A DNA stretch of 64,000 bases from Bryobacterales bacterium. GTDB taxonomy: Bacteria > Acidobacteriota > Terriglobia > Bryobacterales > Bryobacteraceae. Position 1 is the stretch's first letter; each line of letters opens with the position of its first letter. Of this stretch, positions 19,019 to 28,639 are shown in pieces. Made by a program: the position numbers and the translations under genes. The notes beneath the pieces are model-generated. The model was not told the origin of the DNA, ran no database searches, and saw only the letters and a list, made by a program, of their open reading frames with translations. Location of the stretch: positions 21,919 through 85,918 of the forward strand of contig SHUD01000003.1 in the NCBI GenBank assembly GCA_009697505.1, in the 5' to 3' direction.

Positions 19019-20008
19019 ATGCGAATTCTGATCGCGGACGACAGTATCGTTTCCCGGCACCTTCTGGATGCCACCTTGCGCAAGTGGGGCTACGAAGTTG
19101 TGGTGGCCTGTGACGGTAATGAAGCGTGGCAGATTTTGCAGTCCCCGGACGCCCCCAAGATAGCGATCCTGGATTGGGTGATGCCGGGGATGACGGGACC
19201 CGAGGTATGCCGCAAGGTTCGCGAACGGGGCAGCGAAGAAAAGTACACCTATATCCTTCTGCTGAGTGCCACGAGCCAGCGTGAGGATCTGATCGAAGGC
19301 ATGGAGTCGGGCGCCGACGACTATTTGACCAAGCCCTTCGATCAGCATGAGCTCAAAGTCCGCCTGCGTCCCGGGCTGCGCATCATTGCACTACAGCACG
19401 AACTGGTTTCCGCGCGCGAAGAGTTGCGCGACCAGGCCACCAAGGACTTCCTTACGCGCGTGTGGAACCGGTCCTCTATTCTGGATATTTTGCAGAAAGA
19501 ATTGGGCCGCGGAGCGCGCGAGAAGCGCCCGGTGGGCCTGGTGCTGGCGGACCTGGATCATTTCAAATCCGTCAATGACACTTTCGGGCATTTTGCGGGC
19601 GACGCCGTCTTGCGCGAATTCGTGCGCCGGACCGCCGGCTCGATGCGTCCCTACGATTCCCTCGGCCGTTACGGTGGCGAGGAGTTTCTGATCGTACTGC
19701 CGGGTTGCGACGAGGAAATGACGCGGAACCAGGCCGAGCGCATGCGGGAGGCGTTGGCCAAGGAACCGATGTCGTTCAACGAAGGCTCGCGCTTGATCAC
19801 GTGCAGCTACGGAGCCACGGCCTGGCTGCCCGGCGTTCCCGGGGAAGACGAGACGCTGATCCGGATCACCGACGACGCGCTCTATCAGGCCAAGCGCGTG
19901 GGCCGGAACCGGGTGATGTTCCTGCCGCCGACGGCGAGCACGGTGACCACCGCCGACGTGCCACCAGTGGCGGTCGGCGCGGCGGACGGAACGTCACCCG
20001 GAGAATGA
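19019..20008 (+). CDS. Response-regulator diguanylate cyclase (REC-GGDEF)
   Basis: ILDWVMPGM.G; DLDHFK.VND.FGH..GD; I-site RPYD; RYGGEEF. Confidence 0.92.
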   Translation: MRILIADDSIVSRHLLDATLRKWGYEVVVACDGNEAWQILQSPDAPKIAILDWVMPGMTGPEVCRKVRERGSEEKYTYILLLSATSQREDLIEGMESGADDYLTKPFDQHELKVRLRPGLRIIALQHELVSAREELRDQATKDFLTRVWNRSSILDILQKELGRGAREKRPVGLVLADLDHFKSVNDTFGHFAGDAVLREFVRRTAGSMRPYDSLGRYGGEEFLIVLPGCDEEMTRNQAERMREALAKEPMSFNEGSRLITCSYGATAWLPGVPGEDETLIRITDDALYQAKRVGRNRVMFLPPTASTVTTADVPPVAVGAADGTSPGE

Positions 20009-20018
20009 TACACTGAAA

Positions 20019-20111
20019 GTCCCCGACGAGAAGGGGACCAAGAAGTCACGATTCCAGAGTCAACTGAGATCGACGCGGCGAAGGGGAGCTCGGGCTCCCC
20101 TTCTCGCTTTT
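20019..20111 (+). ncRNA. Candidate small RNA (hairpin, linker, terminator)
   Basis: Extended -10 TGATACACT at 20006-20014; 5' hairpin GTCCCC-N8-GGGGAC; 3' hairpin GAAGGGGAGC-TCGG-GCTCCCCTTC then TTTT; no ORF. Confidence 0.45.
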
Positions 20112-20237
20112 GAGGAACTCGCGGCACAACGCACGGTGGCGCGATCGGTTCCTGTTTCGTTTCGCGCCACGCCACGCGGCTGTGCCGCTTTTTAGGGCCG
20201 CAGTTCCGGTAATTGGCGTGTGCCAAACTAGAGGGCG

Positions 20238-20807
20238 GTGCACTCCACTCGAGTCGCAACATTTCTTTTGGGCGCCTGGATCGCGTGCTGCATCCTGCTG
20301 GATCTGATTTTCCTGCAGAACTTGCGCTTGGCGGGGCAAATGCTGAATTCGGCAATTCCGCCGGCAGGGCAGATCATACAGAACGCGGGGCGGGAGCCCG
20401 TGGGCCAGTTGCTGCGTCACTTCGCCGCCGAGCAATACCGTTACTACTTCACGGTGTGGGGTCTGACGCAGATCGTGGGAGGAGTGCTGCTGGCCGCGGT
20501 ATTGTACTTTGCGGCCGAGAAGAGAGTCCTGCCGCTGGTGCTGTGCGCAGCGATGGTGGCGCTGGTTTTGTTTCAACTCGCCATTCACCCCGAGCTGGCG
20601 TTTCGCGGGCAGGAAGCGGATTTTCCGCCGGGCAGCCAGTCCGTGGGGACACGAGCTCGGGTGTTCTTACTGATCGAGATCTGGATCGGCGTGGAGGCGG
20701 CCAAGCTCATCGTGGGCGGAGTGCTGGCAGGTTACGTCTTCACCTACAAGTCCCGCAGACGTTCGCGGCGAGTGGATGGTCCGGCTGCGTTGGAACGCGC
20801 GGTTTAG
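20238..20807 (+). CDS. Hypothetical 4-TM membrane protein (DUF4149-like)
   Basis: Four hydrophobic segments. Confidence 0.65.
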   Translation: MHSTRVATFLLGAWIACCILLDLIFLQNLRLAGQMLNSAIPPAGQIIQNAGREPVGQLLRHFAAEQYRYYFTVWGLTQIVGGVLLAAVLYFAAEKRVLPLVLCAAMVALVLFQLAIHPELAFRGQEADFPPGSQSVGTRARVFLLIEIWIGVEAAKLIVGGVLAGYVFTYKSRRRSRRVDGPAALERAV

Positions 20808-20840
20808 TGAGCCGCCGCGGGGAGCGGATGAGCGAAAGAC

Positions 20841-20881
20841 CGGGGACTGAAGTCCCCGTTGCAGCCTAAAGGCCGCTCCAC
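20841..20881 (-). repeat. REP-like palindromic element
   Basis: CGGGGACTGAAGTCCCCG...GCAGCCTAAAGGCCGCTCCAC closely matches the reverse complement of 55856-55896; lies between convergent genes. Confidence 0.7.
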
Positions 20882-20891
20882 CCCAATGCCA

Positions 20892-21671
20892 CTAAACCAC
20901 ACCGCGCATGCGCAGGGCTTGGTCGATCAAGGCCAGGAGTTGCTGGCGCGTGACTTGTAGTTTCTCTTCCGGATCGGGCATCTCTTCGGCTACTGTGGGG
21001 CTGCCCGGCTCCAGCTTATTGGGAACGTGGACGCCGTAGCGGCCGCGGGCGGCGAATAACTTCTCGACTTCGACCCGGGGGAGGACTTTGGGGCCGCCCA
21101 GCATCTCAGCGACCAGCGTGATGCGGGCCAGGTGTTCCAACGTCTCCATGCGGGCGTAGGCTTCCGGAACACTTTCTCCATAACACACGGCCCCGTGATT
21201 GGCGAGCAGGATGGCGTTGAATTTTGGAATATACGGGAGCATGCCTTCCGACAGCGCGGGCGTCCCCGGCAAGCCGTAATCCGCCAAGGGAACCGAGCCC
21301 AGGGAAACGACGAGCTCCGGCATCAACGCAAGATTCAAGCTGCGGCCCGCAACGGCGAATCCGGTTGAAACCGGCGGGTGCGCGTGCACGACGGCCTGAA
21401 TATCGGGACGCCCCTGATAGACGGCAACGTGCATGCCCATCTCCGTGGTTCGTTCGCGTTGGCCGGAAATCCGGTTGCCGTCGTTGTCGCACACAATCAG
21501 GTCTTCCGGCAGCATGTTCCCCTTGCACACACCGGCGGGTGTGGCCAGGATGCGCTCGCTGTCCAGGCGGGCGGTGATGTTGCCGTCATTGGCCGCAATC
21601 CAGCCGCGTTCGTACATCATCCGGCCGGCGCGGATCACCTGTTCGCGAAGCTGTTGCTCGCACGAGGGCAT
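20892..21671 (-). CDS. Class II aldolase/adducin family protein
   Basis: DGNIT.R, TTEMGMH..VY..RPDI.AVVHAHPP, LLANHG. Confidence 0.92.
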   Translation of the reverse strand: MPSCEQQLREQVIRAGRMMYERGWIAANDGNITARLDSERILATPAGVCKGNMLPEDLIVCDNDGNRISGQRERTTEMGMHVAVYQGRPDIQAVVHAHPPVSTGFAVAGRSLNLALMPELVVSLGSVPLADYGLPGTPALSEGMLPYIPKFNAILLANHGAVCYGESVPEAYARMETLEHLARITLVAEMLGGPKVLPRVEVEKLFAARGRYGVHVPNKLEPGSPTVAEEMPDPEEKLQVTRQQLLALIDQALRMRGVV

Positions 21672-21745
21672 GTGCCTTTGATTCTACCAAGCGTAACAGG
21701 GAACGGGTGCCTCCGGGTGACGGCGGTCCCCCGGAGGCCGCTACA

Positions 21746-22555
21746 ATGGGTCTCGTGGAAACCCGCCGGATGTGCCCGCACTGCCGGGCTTTTATCTCCA
21801 GCAGCGATAAAGTCTGCCCTTACTGCGAAGCGGTACTGGGACCACCGGCCGTGGAGCGGCGGACGCCGGCGGACGTACTGGGCGGCCTGATTCCGCCTGC
21901 ACGCTTCACCACGGTGGTGATTCTGCTGATCAGCGCAGGCTTTTATTTGGCGGGGGCGCTGCCGGATCTGGGATTGGGTAAAGGGCTGCCACTGTTTGAG
22001 GCCGGGGCCAAATATGGCCCTGGGATTCGCGCCGGACAATGGTGGCGGTTGATCACGGCGGGCTTCCTGCATGGCGGAATCCTGCATCTGCTGATGAATT
22101 CGTGGGTGCTGTTCGATCTGGGCGCGCAAACCGAGGAGAACTACGGGACCAACCGTTACCTGGTGATCTATCTGGCGTCGACCATCACGGGGTTTTACGC
22201 GAGCTACCTGTGGTCGCCGTATACGCCGTCGGTAGGATCCTCGGCGGGAATCTTCGGGCTGCTGGGGGCGATGATCGCGCTGGGAGTGCGCGATAAGTCG
22301 TCCTACGGCGCGGCCCTACGGGCTCACTATATGCAGTGGGGCATCTATGCGCTGCTGATGTCGGCGTTGTTTCCCTTTACAGACAACGCCGCGCACATCG
22401 GCGGAGTGGCCGGAGGGTTTGCGCTGGCGTACGTCGCTGGAACCCCGCGCAGAACCACGGACGGGATCTGGAAGGTTGCGGGATGGGCGGCGATCGGAAT
22501 CACGGTGCTGGCATTTGCCGCCATGTTCCGCTGGTTGGCGGCCAATAGCCTCTAA
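21746..22555 (+). CDS. Rhomboid intramembrane serine protease with N-terminal zinc ribbon
   Basis: CPHC...CPYC; WWRLITAGFLHGG.LHLLMN; GSSAG; NAAHIGG. True start may be GTG 21755. Confidence 0.9.
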   Translation: MGLVETRRMCPHCRAFISSSDKVCPYCEAVLGPPAVERRTPADVLGGLIPPARFTTVVILLISAGFYLAGALPDLGLGKGLPLFEAGAKYGPGIRAGQWWRLITAGFLHGGILHLLMNSWVLFDLGAQTEENYGTNRYLVIYLASTITGFYASYLWSPYTPSVGSSAGIFGLLGAMIALGVRDKSSYGAALRAHYMQWGIYALLMSALFPFTDNAAHIGGVAGGFALAYVAGTPRRTTDGIWKVAGWAAIGITVLAFAAMFRWLAANSL

Positions 22556-22605
22556 ACTTCTAAGGACTCGCCGGCAAAACGGAGCGCGACCGCGCCCTTT
22601 GCCGG

Positions 22606-24834
22606 CTAGCGGATCACGACTTTCGCCAGACCGGCGTTGCCCGCCGCATCGTAAGCGCGGATCACGATGAGGTGCTCGCCGGGGGCGAGGTCGGCGATGC
22701 GGACCAGGAACCGCTCGCCGGGAGAGTCGGTGACGCCGTCAGCGGCTTCGACAGGCTGCCACGGGCGGGCATCGACGGAATACTCGCAGCGGCGCAGCGA
22801 TGATCCGCGGTCTTCGGCGTCGACATCGATTTCGAGCGCGTTGCCATTGCGGCGCGGAGCGGCGGTCCGAACGGCGGGCGGTGTGTTATCGATCAGCACC
22901 GGAGGACTCACGAGCTCGGCCTGGCGGGCTTGCGCGGCGGGATTCGACAGCTTGTCAGAGGCCACGACGCGGAAAAAGTAGCGGCCATCGGCGAGCACGT
23001 CGTCTTCGAGCGTGTACTTGTTGTCCGTCAAATCGTCGCGCAGCAACTTCCATTCGCGCTGGTCTTCGCCACGAAAATAGAGGCTGTAGGAAAGCTTGTC
23101 GCCCTCGGGATCGTCGGCCTGCCAGGTGATCGCCATCTGCTGGCCGCCGGGGCGCGCCAGCGTTTGCGACTGCGTGCCCGCGGGAGTGGTGGCGTCGCCG
23201 CCGTCGGTCACCGTGATGGAGTAAGCCGAGGAGGTAGCGGACGCCGTGGTCTTGGCTGTCGACGACGCTGAGGCTTGCGAGGAAACCGTGATGCTGCGAA
23301 CCGCCGGCGCGGTATTCTGCGGCAAGTAGGCGATGGAGACGCTATCGATCTCGGTGTCTACGCCAGCGAAGTCGGCGCGCCATTGCAGATAACGCGCGTT
23401 GGGACTGCCGATCAGAGACTTCGCCGGATCGCTGATGGGATCGGACCAATCGCTCCAGGTGGCATCGGGACGCGCGGAGTTTCCCGAGCGGGTCTTGAAC
23501 GCGACACCCTGGCCGCTGCCGACCCAGGTGAGGCGGCCCCAGCGCGCGACGGCACCCGAATCATGCACGGGCGATTCAAACCAGGCACTGTTCGCGCTGC
23601 TGTTGGCAGCGCTTGGCCCCGCGGCCAGCAGCATCTTCCCAGGATTTCCGCTGGCGATCAAAAGTCCCTTCGCGGAAGCGGTCAAGCGCGTGGCGTCGGA
23701 TTCATTCGTCTGCGTGATCAGCGTGGCTTCGTGGGAGCGGTCCGAGCGCGGGTCCAGGCGATACACGCGGCCCTGAGCGTCCGTGAGAAACGTCAGGGCG
23801 CTGGCGGATTCGGCGGCGATGTCGTAGACGTTCTCTTCTTTGGAGGTCCACAGGGTTTCAACGGTGTTATCGGGAAGTATTTTGTAGAGCGCGGATTTCT
23901 CGACGCCACTAACTTCCGTGGCCGTGGAGGGAGCCGAGATCGGAGACGAGGCCGCGGGAGCGGTCCTGGCCGGATCGGGCTTGGGCGCGGGGTTGAGGCC
24001 GCTTTGCGCATCGGTCACGGTGATGCTGGTGGCCGGAGCCGTGACCATGGTGCTTGACGTGGACGACGAACTGGAAGCCGCCGAAGTTTTCTTGGCGAGG
24101 CTTCCGCCCAGGGCCGCCGCGTAAATGGAACCGTCCGCAGCGGCAACAATGGCGCGGATCTCCGGCAGGTTGGCGTCGTAGAGCACGAAACCGCGCGCGG
24201 GACTGCCGGTAATGCGATAGAGGATGCCGTTGGGTTCGCTTCCCGCGAGCAGGCGGGACTCGCGGTCGAACGCCAGCGCGGTGACGTGGGACTGTGCGGT
24301 TTCGTAATAGACAGCGCCGCGGCCGGGACCAGTCACCTTGAAAATCTTGCCCTGCTGGCCGGTGGCGACGTACAGTGCCCCGTCGGGCGCGAACGCGAGC
24401 GCCCAAATGTAGCGCTCGCCGGGCGCGAAATATTCCGTCGCGCGGCCATTCTCGATGCGATAGATCTTGCCGTCGGGAGAGGTCCCTGCATACACGACAC
24501 CGGCGCGGTCGACAGCGACGGCGAAAATCTCGGGCTCATCGGAATTCCAGATCGTAGTGCCCTGCCCGGCCGCATCCACTTTGATCAGACGTCCGCGATT
24601 GCCGGTGCCGAGGTAGAGTGAACCGTCGGGGGCCGCGGCCACGCTCCAGATCTGGGCTTGATCAGAAGAGAAGACGGTGTCGAGTCTCGGTCCGAGCGTC
24701 AGGCGTCCATCGCGCGTGATGGAGAGTCCGCTGGTGCGCCCGCGCAGGAAATCCCGATAACCGTTGAGCTCCCAGGTGGCGGTGGTGGCGGCGTGAAGGG
24801 AGAGGGCCGCGGCCAGCAGGCACGGAACTCTCAT
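22606..24834 (-). CDS. Secreted beta-propeller plus FN3/Ig-like protein
   Basis: Signal peptide; repeated A.A.DG.LY.GTG..G.I blades; C-terminal W.A.DPEGD.L.Y.LY and DNTPP. Confidence 0.8.
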   Translation of the reverse strand: MRVPCLLAAALSLHAATTATWELNGYRDFLRGRTSGLSITRDGRLTLGPRLDTVFSSDQAQIWSVAAAPDGSLYLGTGNRGRLIKVDAAGQGTTIWNSDEPEIFAVAVDRAGVVYAGTSPDGKIYRIENGRATEYFAPGERYIWALAFAPDGALYVATGQQGKIFKVTGPGRGAVYYETAQSHVTALAFDRESRLLAGSEPNGILYRITGSPARGFVLYDANLPEIRAIVAAADGSIYAAALGGSLAKKTSAASSSSSTSSTMVTAPATSITVTDAQSGLNPAPKPDPARTAPAASSPISAPSTATEVSGVEKSALYKILPDNTVETLWTSKEENVYDIAAESASALTFLTDAQGRVYRLDPRSDRSHEATLITQTNESDATRLTASAKGLLIASGNPGKMLLAAGPSAANSSANSAWFESPVHDSGAVARWGRLTWVGSGQGVAFKTRSGNSARPDATWSDWSDPISDPAKSLIGSPNARYLQWRADFAGVDTEIDSVSIAYLPQNTAPAVRSITVSSQASASSTAKTTASATSSAYSITVTDGGDATTPAGTQSQTLARPGGQQMAITWQADDPEGDKLSYSLYFRGEDQREWKLLRDDLTDNKYTLEDDVLADGRYFFRVVASDKLSNPAAQARQAELVSPPVLIDNTPPAVRTAAPRRNGNALEIDVDAEDRGSSLRRCEYSVDARPWQPVEAADGVTDSPGERFLVRIADLAPGEHLIVIRAYDAAGNAGLAKVVIR

Positions 24835-26588
24835 TCCTTCACCTCGACCTGAATGGTTTTGGTTCCGGTGACGACGAACCCCGCGGCGCCGGGAACTTCT
24901 ATTTCAGCGACCTTCGCGCCGCGCGTGTTCATGGTATTCACAAAGCCGACTTGCGCGCGCGTGAGGAGCAACGCGAGCGATGGAGGCGGATCGGGAATGT
25001 CGCGACCTTCGACGGTGTAGGAGGGCTCGGCGCGCCATACCCGCACGTAGGCTTTCGTGTTGGAGCGCAGGCCGCTCAGCAGGCTCAGGACCTGCCGCGG
25101 CGAACGCTGCGGAGTACCGACGGCGGCCTGGAACTCCATCACATTGGTAGAGGTCGCGTCGGCGATGGTGAAATTAAGCGGACCGATCTGAGCGCCCGTG
25201 GGCACGCGGTACTTCACGCGGCGCGAGGTCTCTTGTCCGTTTTGCGCGCCCAGCACAACGGTCAGCTCCACTTCTTCGCCCGGACGGACGGTGCGCGGAG
25301 CAATCATGTCGACCACCTGCTGCTGGCTGCGGCGCTCCACGGCTGTCACGTTCAGCGTGACGCTCTTCAACTTCAGCGCATCGAAGCCGCTTTGCAGTGC
25401 GTACGCAATAGGCGAAGCGATGCCGGCCGAGGCGATGATCGCAGCACCGACGTCGCCGCTATACACGTCGTCGATTGGCACGCGGCCGCCGTCGAAATCA
25501 AGCTGCCCGCGGATCGAATAGGTCTGCGCGCCCACGCTGCGCTCGGTAGCGTCGATCGAGGAAAACACGGCCATCTGCATCAGCAGAGGCGTCATGACGC
25601 GGTCCTGGATCATGTTCATGCGGTAGGTGATGGAGCCCACGCGGATCTCAATCGGGATCAGGCTGGCGCGGCGCCCGGTGAGACCGGCGACGGCGACATC
25701 GCGGTCGGAGGTGATGGTCCCCATCCACTCGCGGGCGCTGGAAATCTTGAACGAACTCGACAGGCTGGGCAGCAGGGCCACCACCTCGGCGCGCGCGAAG
25801 GGCAGGTCGGTGGAGCCCTCGGAAAGAAAGCGGTGGCCGAAGGCGTAGACGCGGTCGCCGTCGATGGCGGTGATGGTGCCGTCGGCGCCGACGCTCATGT
25901 CGCCGGAAATCAGTTGCACGCTGATCATGGAGCCGGGCTCAAGCTGTTTCGGATCGCCCAGGCGGTCGGGAATGGTGCCGCCTCCGGAAACGCCCTGGCG
26001 CGGGTCGAGGCCCATCTGGCGCAGTTGCGGCGCGAAGTGATCAAGAGTCGCGGGAGTGAAGCCGAGAAAGGAGACAGGCGTGGCGATTTCCACGAGCTTC
26101 GAGTCTCCTGCAGTGAACGCGCGTGCAGTGAGAGAGCGGGCGGCCAGAGAACGTGAGGACGGTGTTGCGGACGCGATGTTCTGCGGCGGCTGCGGCGGGA
26201 CGCGCAGCATGTCCTCGATGGGCCGGATGCCGGCGATGGCTTCCTTGGACTGCGGAAAGCTGAGGGCGACGGCGCCGAGCAGTTTGCCGCCAATGTAGAC
26301 GGGCGAGCCGCTCATGCCCTGCATGACGCCGGTGGTGGCCAGGGGGCCTCCGCTGAGCCGGGCCAGGATGATGGACTCGCGCGGCCCCAGGTTGTGCAGC
26401 ACGCCCAGGATTTCCACCTGGAATTCTTCCACGCGCGAGCCGGCAAAGACGGTGCGTCCGACGCCGCGCTGGCCGGCGCGAACGTCCTGCAAGGGAAAGA
26501 TCTCCGGGGCGGCGAAGGCCGTCGGCGCGGTCAGCGGGATCAGGCCGAGGGCCAGGCCCGCGGTGATCATGAACCGGGGGAAGATCAC
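24831..26588 (-). CDS. Secreted SpoIVB-like peptidase S55
   Basis: GVMQGMSGSPVY.GGKLLGAV, YAFGH.F; ATGA overlap with the downstream gene. Confidence 0.85.
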   Translation of the reverse strand: MIFPRFMITAGLALGLIPLTAPTAFAAPEIFPLQDVRAGQRGVGRTVFAGSRVEEFQVEILGVLHNLGPRESIILARLSGGPLATTGVMQGMSGSPVYIGGKLLGAVALSFPQSKEAIAGIRPIEDMLRVPPQPPQNIASATPSSRSLAARSLTARAFTAGDSKLVEIATPVSFLGFTPATLDHFAPQLRQMGLDPRQGVSGGGTIPDRLGDPKQLEPGSMISVQLISGDMSVGADGTITAIDGDRVYAFGHRFLSEGSTDLPFARAEVVALLPSLSSSFKISSAREWMGTITSDRDVAVAGLTGRRASLIPIEIRVGSITYRMNMIQDRVMTPLLMQMAVFSSIDATERSVGAQTYSIRGQLDFDGGRVPIDDVYSGDVGAAIIASAGIASPIAYALQSGFDALKLKSVTLNVTAVERRSQQQVVDMIAPRTVRPGEEVELTVVLGAQNGQETSRRVKYRVPTGAQIGPLNFTIADATSTNVMEFQAAVGTPQRSPRQVLSLLSGLRSNTKAYVRVWRAEPSYTVEGRDIPDPPPSLALLLTRAQVGFVNTMNTRGAKVAEIEVPGAAGFVVTGTKTIQVEVKE

Positions 26589-26643
26589 ACCGCTATTGTA
26601 ACGGGTTCATGGAAAGGGCGAATTTCTTGGCGAAGTTATGGAA

Positions 26644-27132
26644 TTAGGTTGCGCGGCGTCGAGAGTCATACTCCAGAAGGAAACCGATTAGTGCCGGGGA
26701 AGCCCGAGAGTTTGTGTTACGCAGCTTGGAGAAGACGGCCGGAAGCCCAACCCATCCCTTTTCCGCAGCGCGGACCAAAACGCCGAGCGTTCCGGTTACG
26801 GTCAACCCGTGGCGGACAGCCTCCTCGACGCCTTCGCGATCGTCCATGAGTAAGAGGTCGGCCTTCCGCTCCCCCGCGAGCCAGATGGCATCCCGTTCGC
26901 CAACATCGAGGTCAGCCGCCGTAGGCGCCGCCTTAGCGGACTCGACGATATCGATCCAACGGGGAGGCTGCTCCATCCACTTCCGCACAGCTTCTGGCGT
27001 TCGCGCCGGGCTGAGTTCGGCGGCGACAGAACGCGGGATCAACACGCGGCGATACAGTTTGACGAGAAGATCGGCTTCGCCAATCAGGACCAAGTAGCGA
27101 AGCGGAGAAGTATCCGCGACGACAACGATCAC
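26644..27132 (-). CDS. DUF3368 PIN-like putative toxin
   Basis: VVADTSPLRYL, LD.GE..AI.LA, LLLMDD..G, GTLGVL..A. Confidence 0.85.
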   Translation of the reverse strand: MIVVVADTSPLRYLVLIGEADLLVKLYRRVLIPRSVAAELSPARTPEAVRKWMEQPPRWIDIVESAKAAPTAADLDVGERDAIWLAGERKADLLLMDDREGVEEAVRHGLTVTGTLGVLVRAAEKGWVGLPAVFSKLRNTNSRASPALIGFLLEYDSRRRAT

Positions 27133-27134
27133 GG

Positions 27135-27400
27135 CTACAGGCCGAGCTTCCGGTGGGATTCGCGATCCCGCTCCACGTCTCCCAGGCCGTATTCCAGCCA
27201 GACCTCGTGCGCTTTCAGGAAGGCGTCCAGTTCATAATGGCTCTCGAATCCCAACAAGCAGCGAAGCTGCGCCGTCGAAAGTTTGCGTCACGGTAAGCCT
27301 CCAAAGCGAGGGACTCCATGACGGCCCTCGACAGGTCGCCTCCCCCGGCAGACAGCACGGCGGAAAGTTCTTGAGGGAGATCGAACGTGACGCGTGCCAT
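27135..27400 (-). pseudogene. UPF0175 family putative antitoxin, frameshifted
   Basis: ESLALEAYR continues in another frame as RKLSTAQLR.LLGFES.YELDAFLKAH.V; span is 1 nt short of a whole number of codons. Confidence 0.75.
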
Positions 27401-27477
27401 ACACAAAAGCAGATCGCGCCGTGGGTGGGACCGCACGGAGTAGCCGGATAAAAGTTGGTTGATCGCCTCGGTATCAG

Positions 27478-27888
27478 CTAGGAGAATATCGGCGTCTCCC
27501 ACATCCACCGAACGATGCGAACCAGAGACCACAGTAGACCCAGGGCCACGCTGATTATGAGCAAGACTCGGAGTTAGAACCAGAGCGCATGGAAAATAAA
27601 CTTCCATTGAGCCCGCGCTTCCTCAATTCTGTTTTCCGAGAACCGCGCCCAGGTCATCAGCTCGGCTACTATTTTAGGTCGAGACTCTCCATCAACTTCT
27701 TCGATGTTGATGACGGCGGCGTTGACAACCGGCAGTACTGCATCGGCTTCCCTTCCATAGAAGTCGAGCGATTCCTGCGCACCTACAAACCACACCCCAA
27801 CTCTCTTGGGCTCAGCCGCAGTTTCGACATGGGTGATCTGCGCCGGATGTTCCTCGACGGTGATTCGTTGCAAACGGTCCAGCTTCAT
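27478..27888 (-). pseudogene. Hypothetical protein with an in-frame stop before a TM tail
   Basis: ORF 27574-27888; after TAA the frame continues LRVLLIISVALGLLWSLVRIVRWMWETPIFS. Confidence 0.4.
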
Positions 27889-28075
27889 CTGATGGGCCTA
27901 CTGGATTTAAAGTACGCTGGATGGCGCGGAACGGCAAGCGGCGCCAGGGGCACTCCGTTGCCGCGGTAGAAACGCCTGTAACGATCCAGGCCACGGCGGC
28001 ATCTACAATTTTCTGCTCTCCAATCCCCCGTAGTAGTATAGGGAGAGCACATTCACGGAAGGAGGCGACTTTCCG

Positions 28076-28639
28076 ATGTGGAATCGCCGCAAAGAAGAAG
28101 AACCAACTCCTACACCCGCATCCACGCCGCCCGCCTTATCGCAAATGGCCAATGAAGGAATCCCCATGTCTACGTTACCCAGCCGCCCCACTGATCCGCG
28201 CACGGACGCCCCCCGGAGCGGCGCCGCCGTTTTGGGCAAATCCGTAATTGTCAAAGGCCAGATCTACGGCCGCGAGGACCTGACCATTGACGGCGAAGTG
28301 GAAGGAACGGTCGAGTTGCAGGAAAACCGCCTCACCATCGGTCCCAGCGGGAAAGTCGTCGCGACGATCAAGGCACGCGAAGTGGTGGTGCTGGGCACCG
28401 TCCACGGCGACATCGAAACGCGCGAGAAGACCGAAATCCGCAAGGAAGCCAAGATGGTCGGCGACATACGGACCGCGCGCGTGGTGATCGAAGACGGAGC
28501 CTACTTTAAGGGCGCGATCGACATCTTGCGCGCCGAGGCGCCCAAGGCGGCCCCGGCACCCAAGCCGCAACCCGTGGCCTCCGCCACTACTCTCAGTTCT
28601 CCCGCGATTGCCGCCAGCGCCGGTGAAGCCAAGCGGTAG
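28076..28639 (+). CDS. Bactofilin (polymer-forming cytoskeletal protein)
   Basis: LGKSVIVKG.I...EDL.IDG.VEG.V, G.V.GDI, I..ARVVIEDGAYFKG.ID. Confidence 0.92.
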   Translation: MWNRRKEEEPTPTPASTPPALSQMANEGIPMSTLPSRPTDPRTDAPRSGAAVLGKSVIVKGQIYGREDLTIDGEVEGTVELQENRLTIGPSGKVVATIKAREVVVLGTVHGDIETREKTEIRKEAKMVGDIRTARVVIEDGAYFKGAIDILRAEAPKAAPAPKPQPVASATTLSSPAIAASAGEAKR

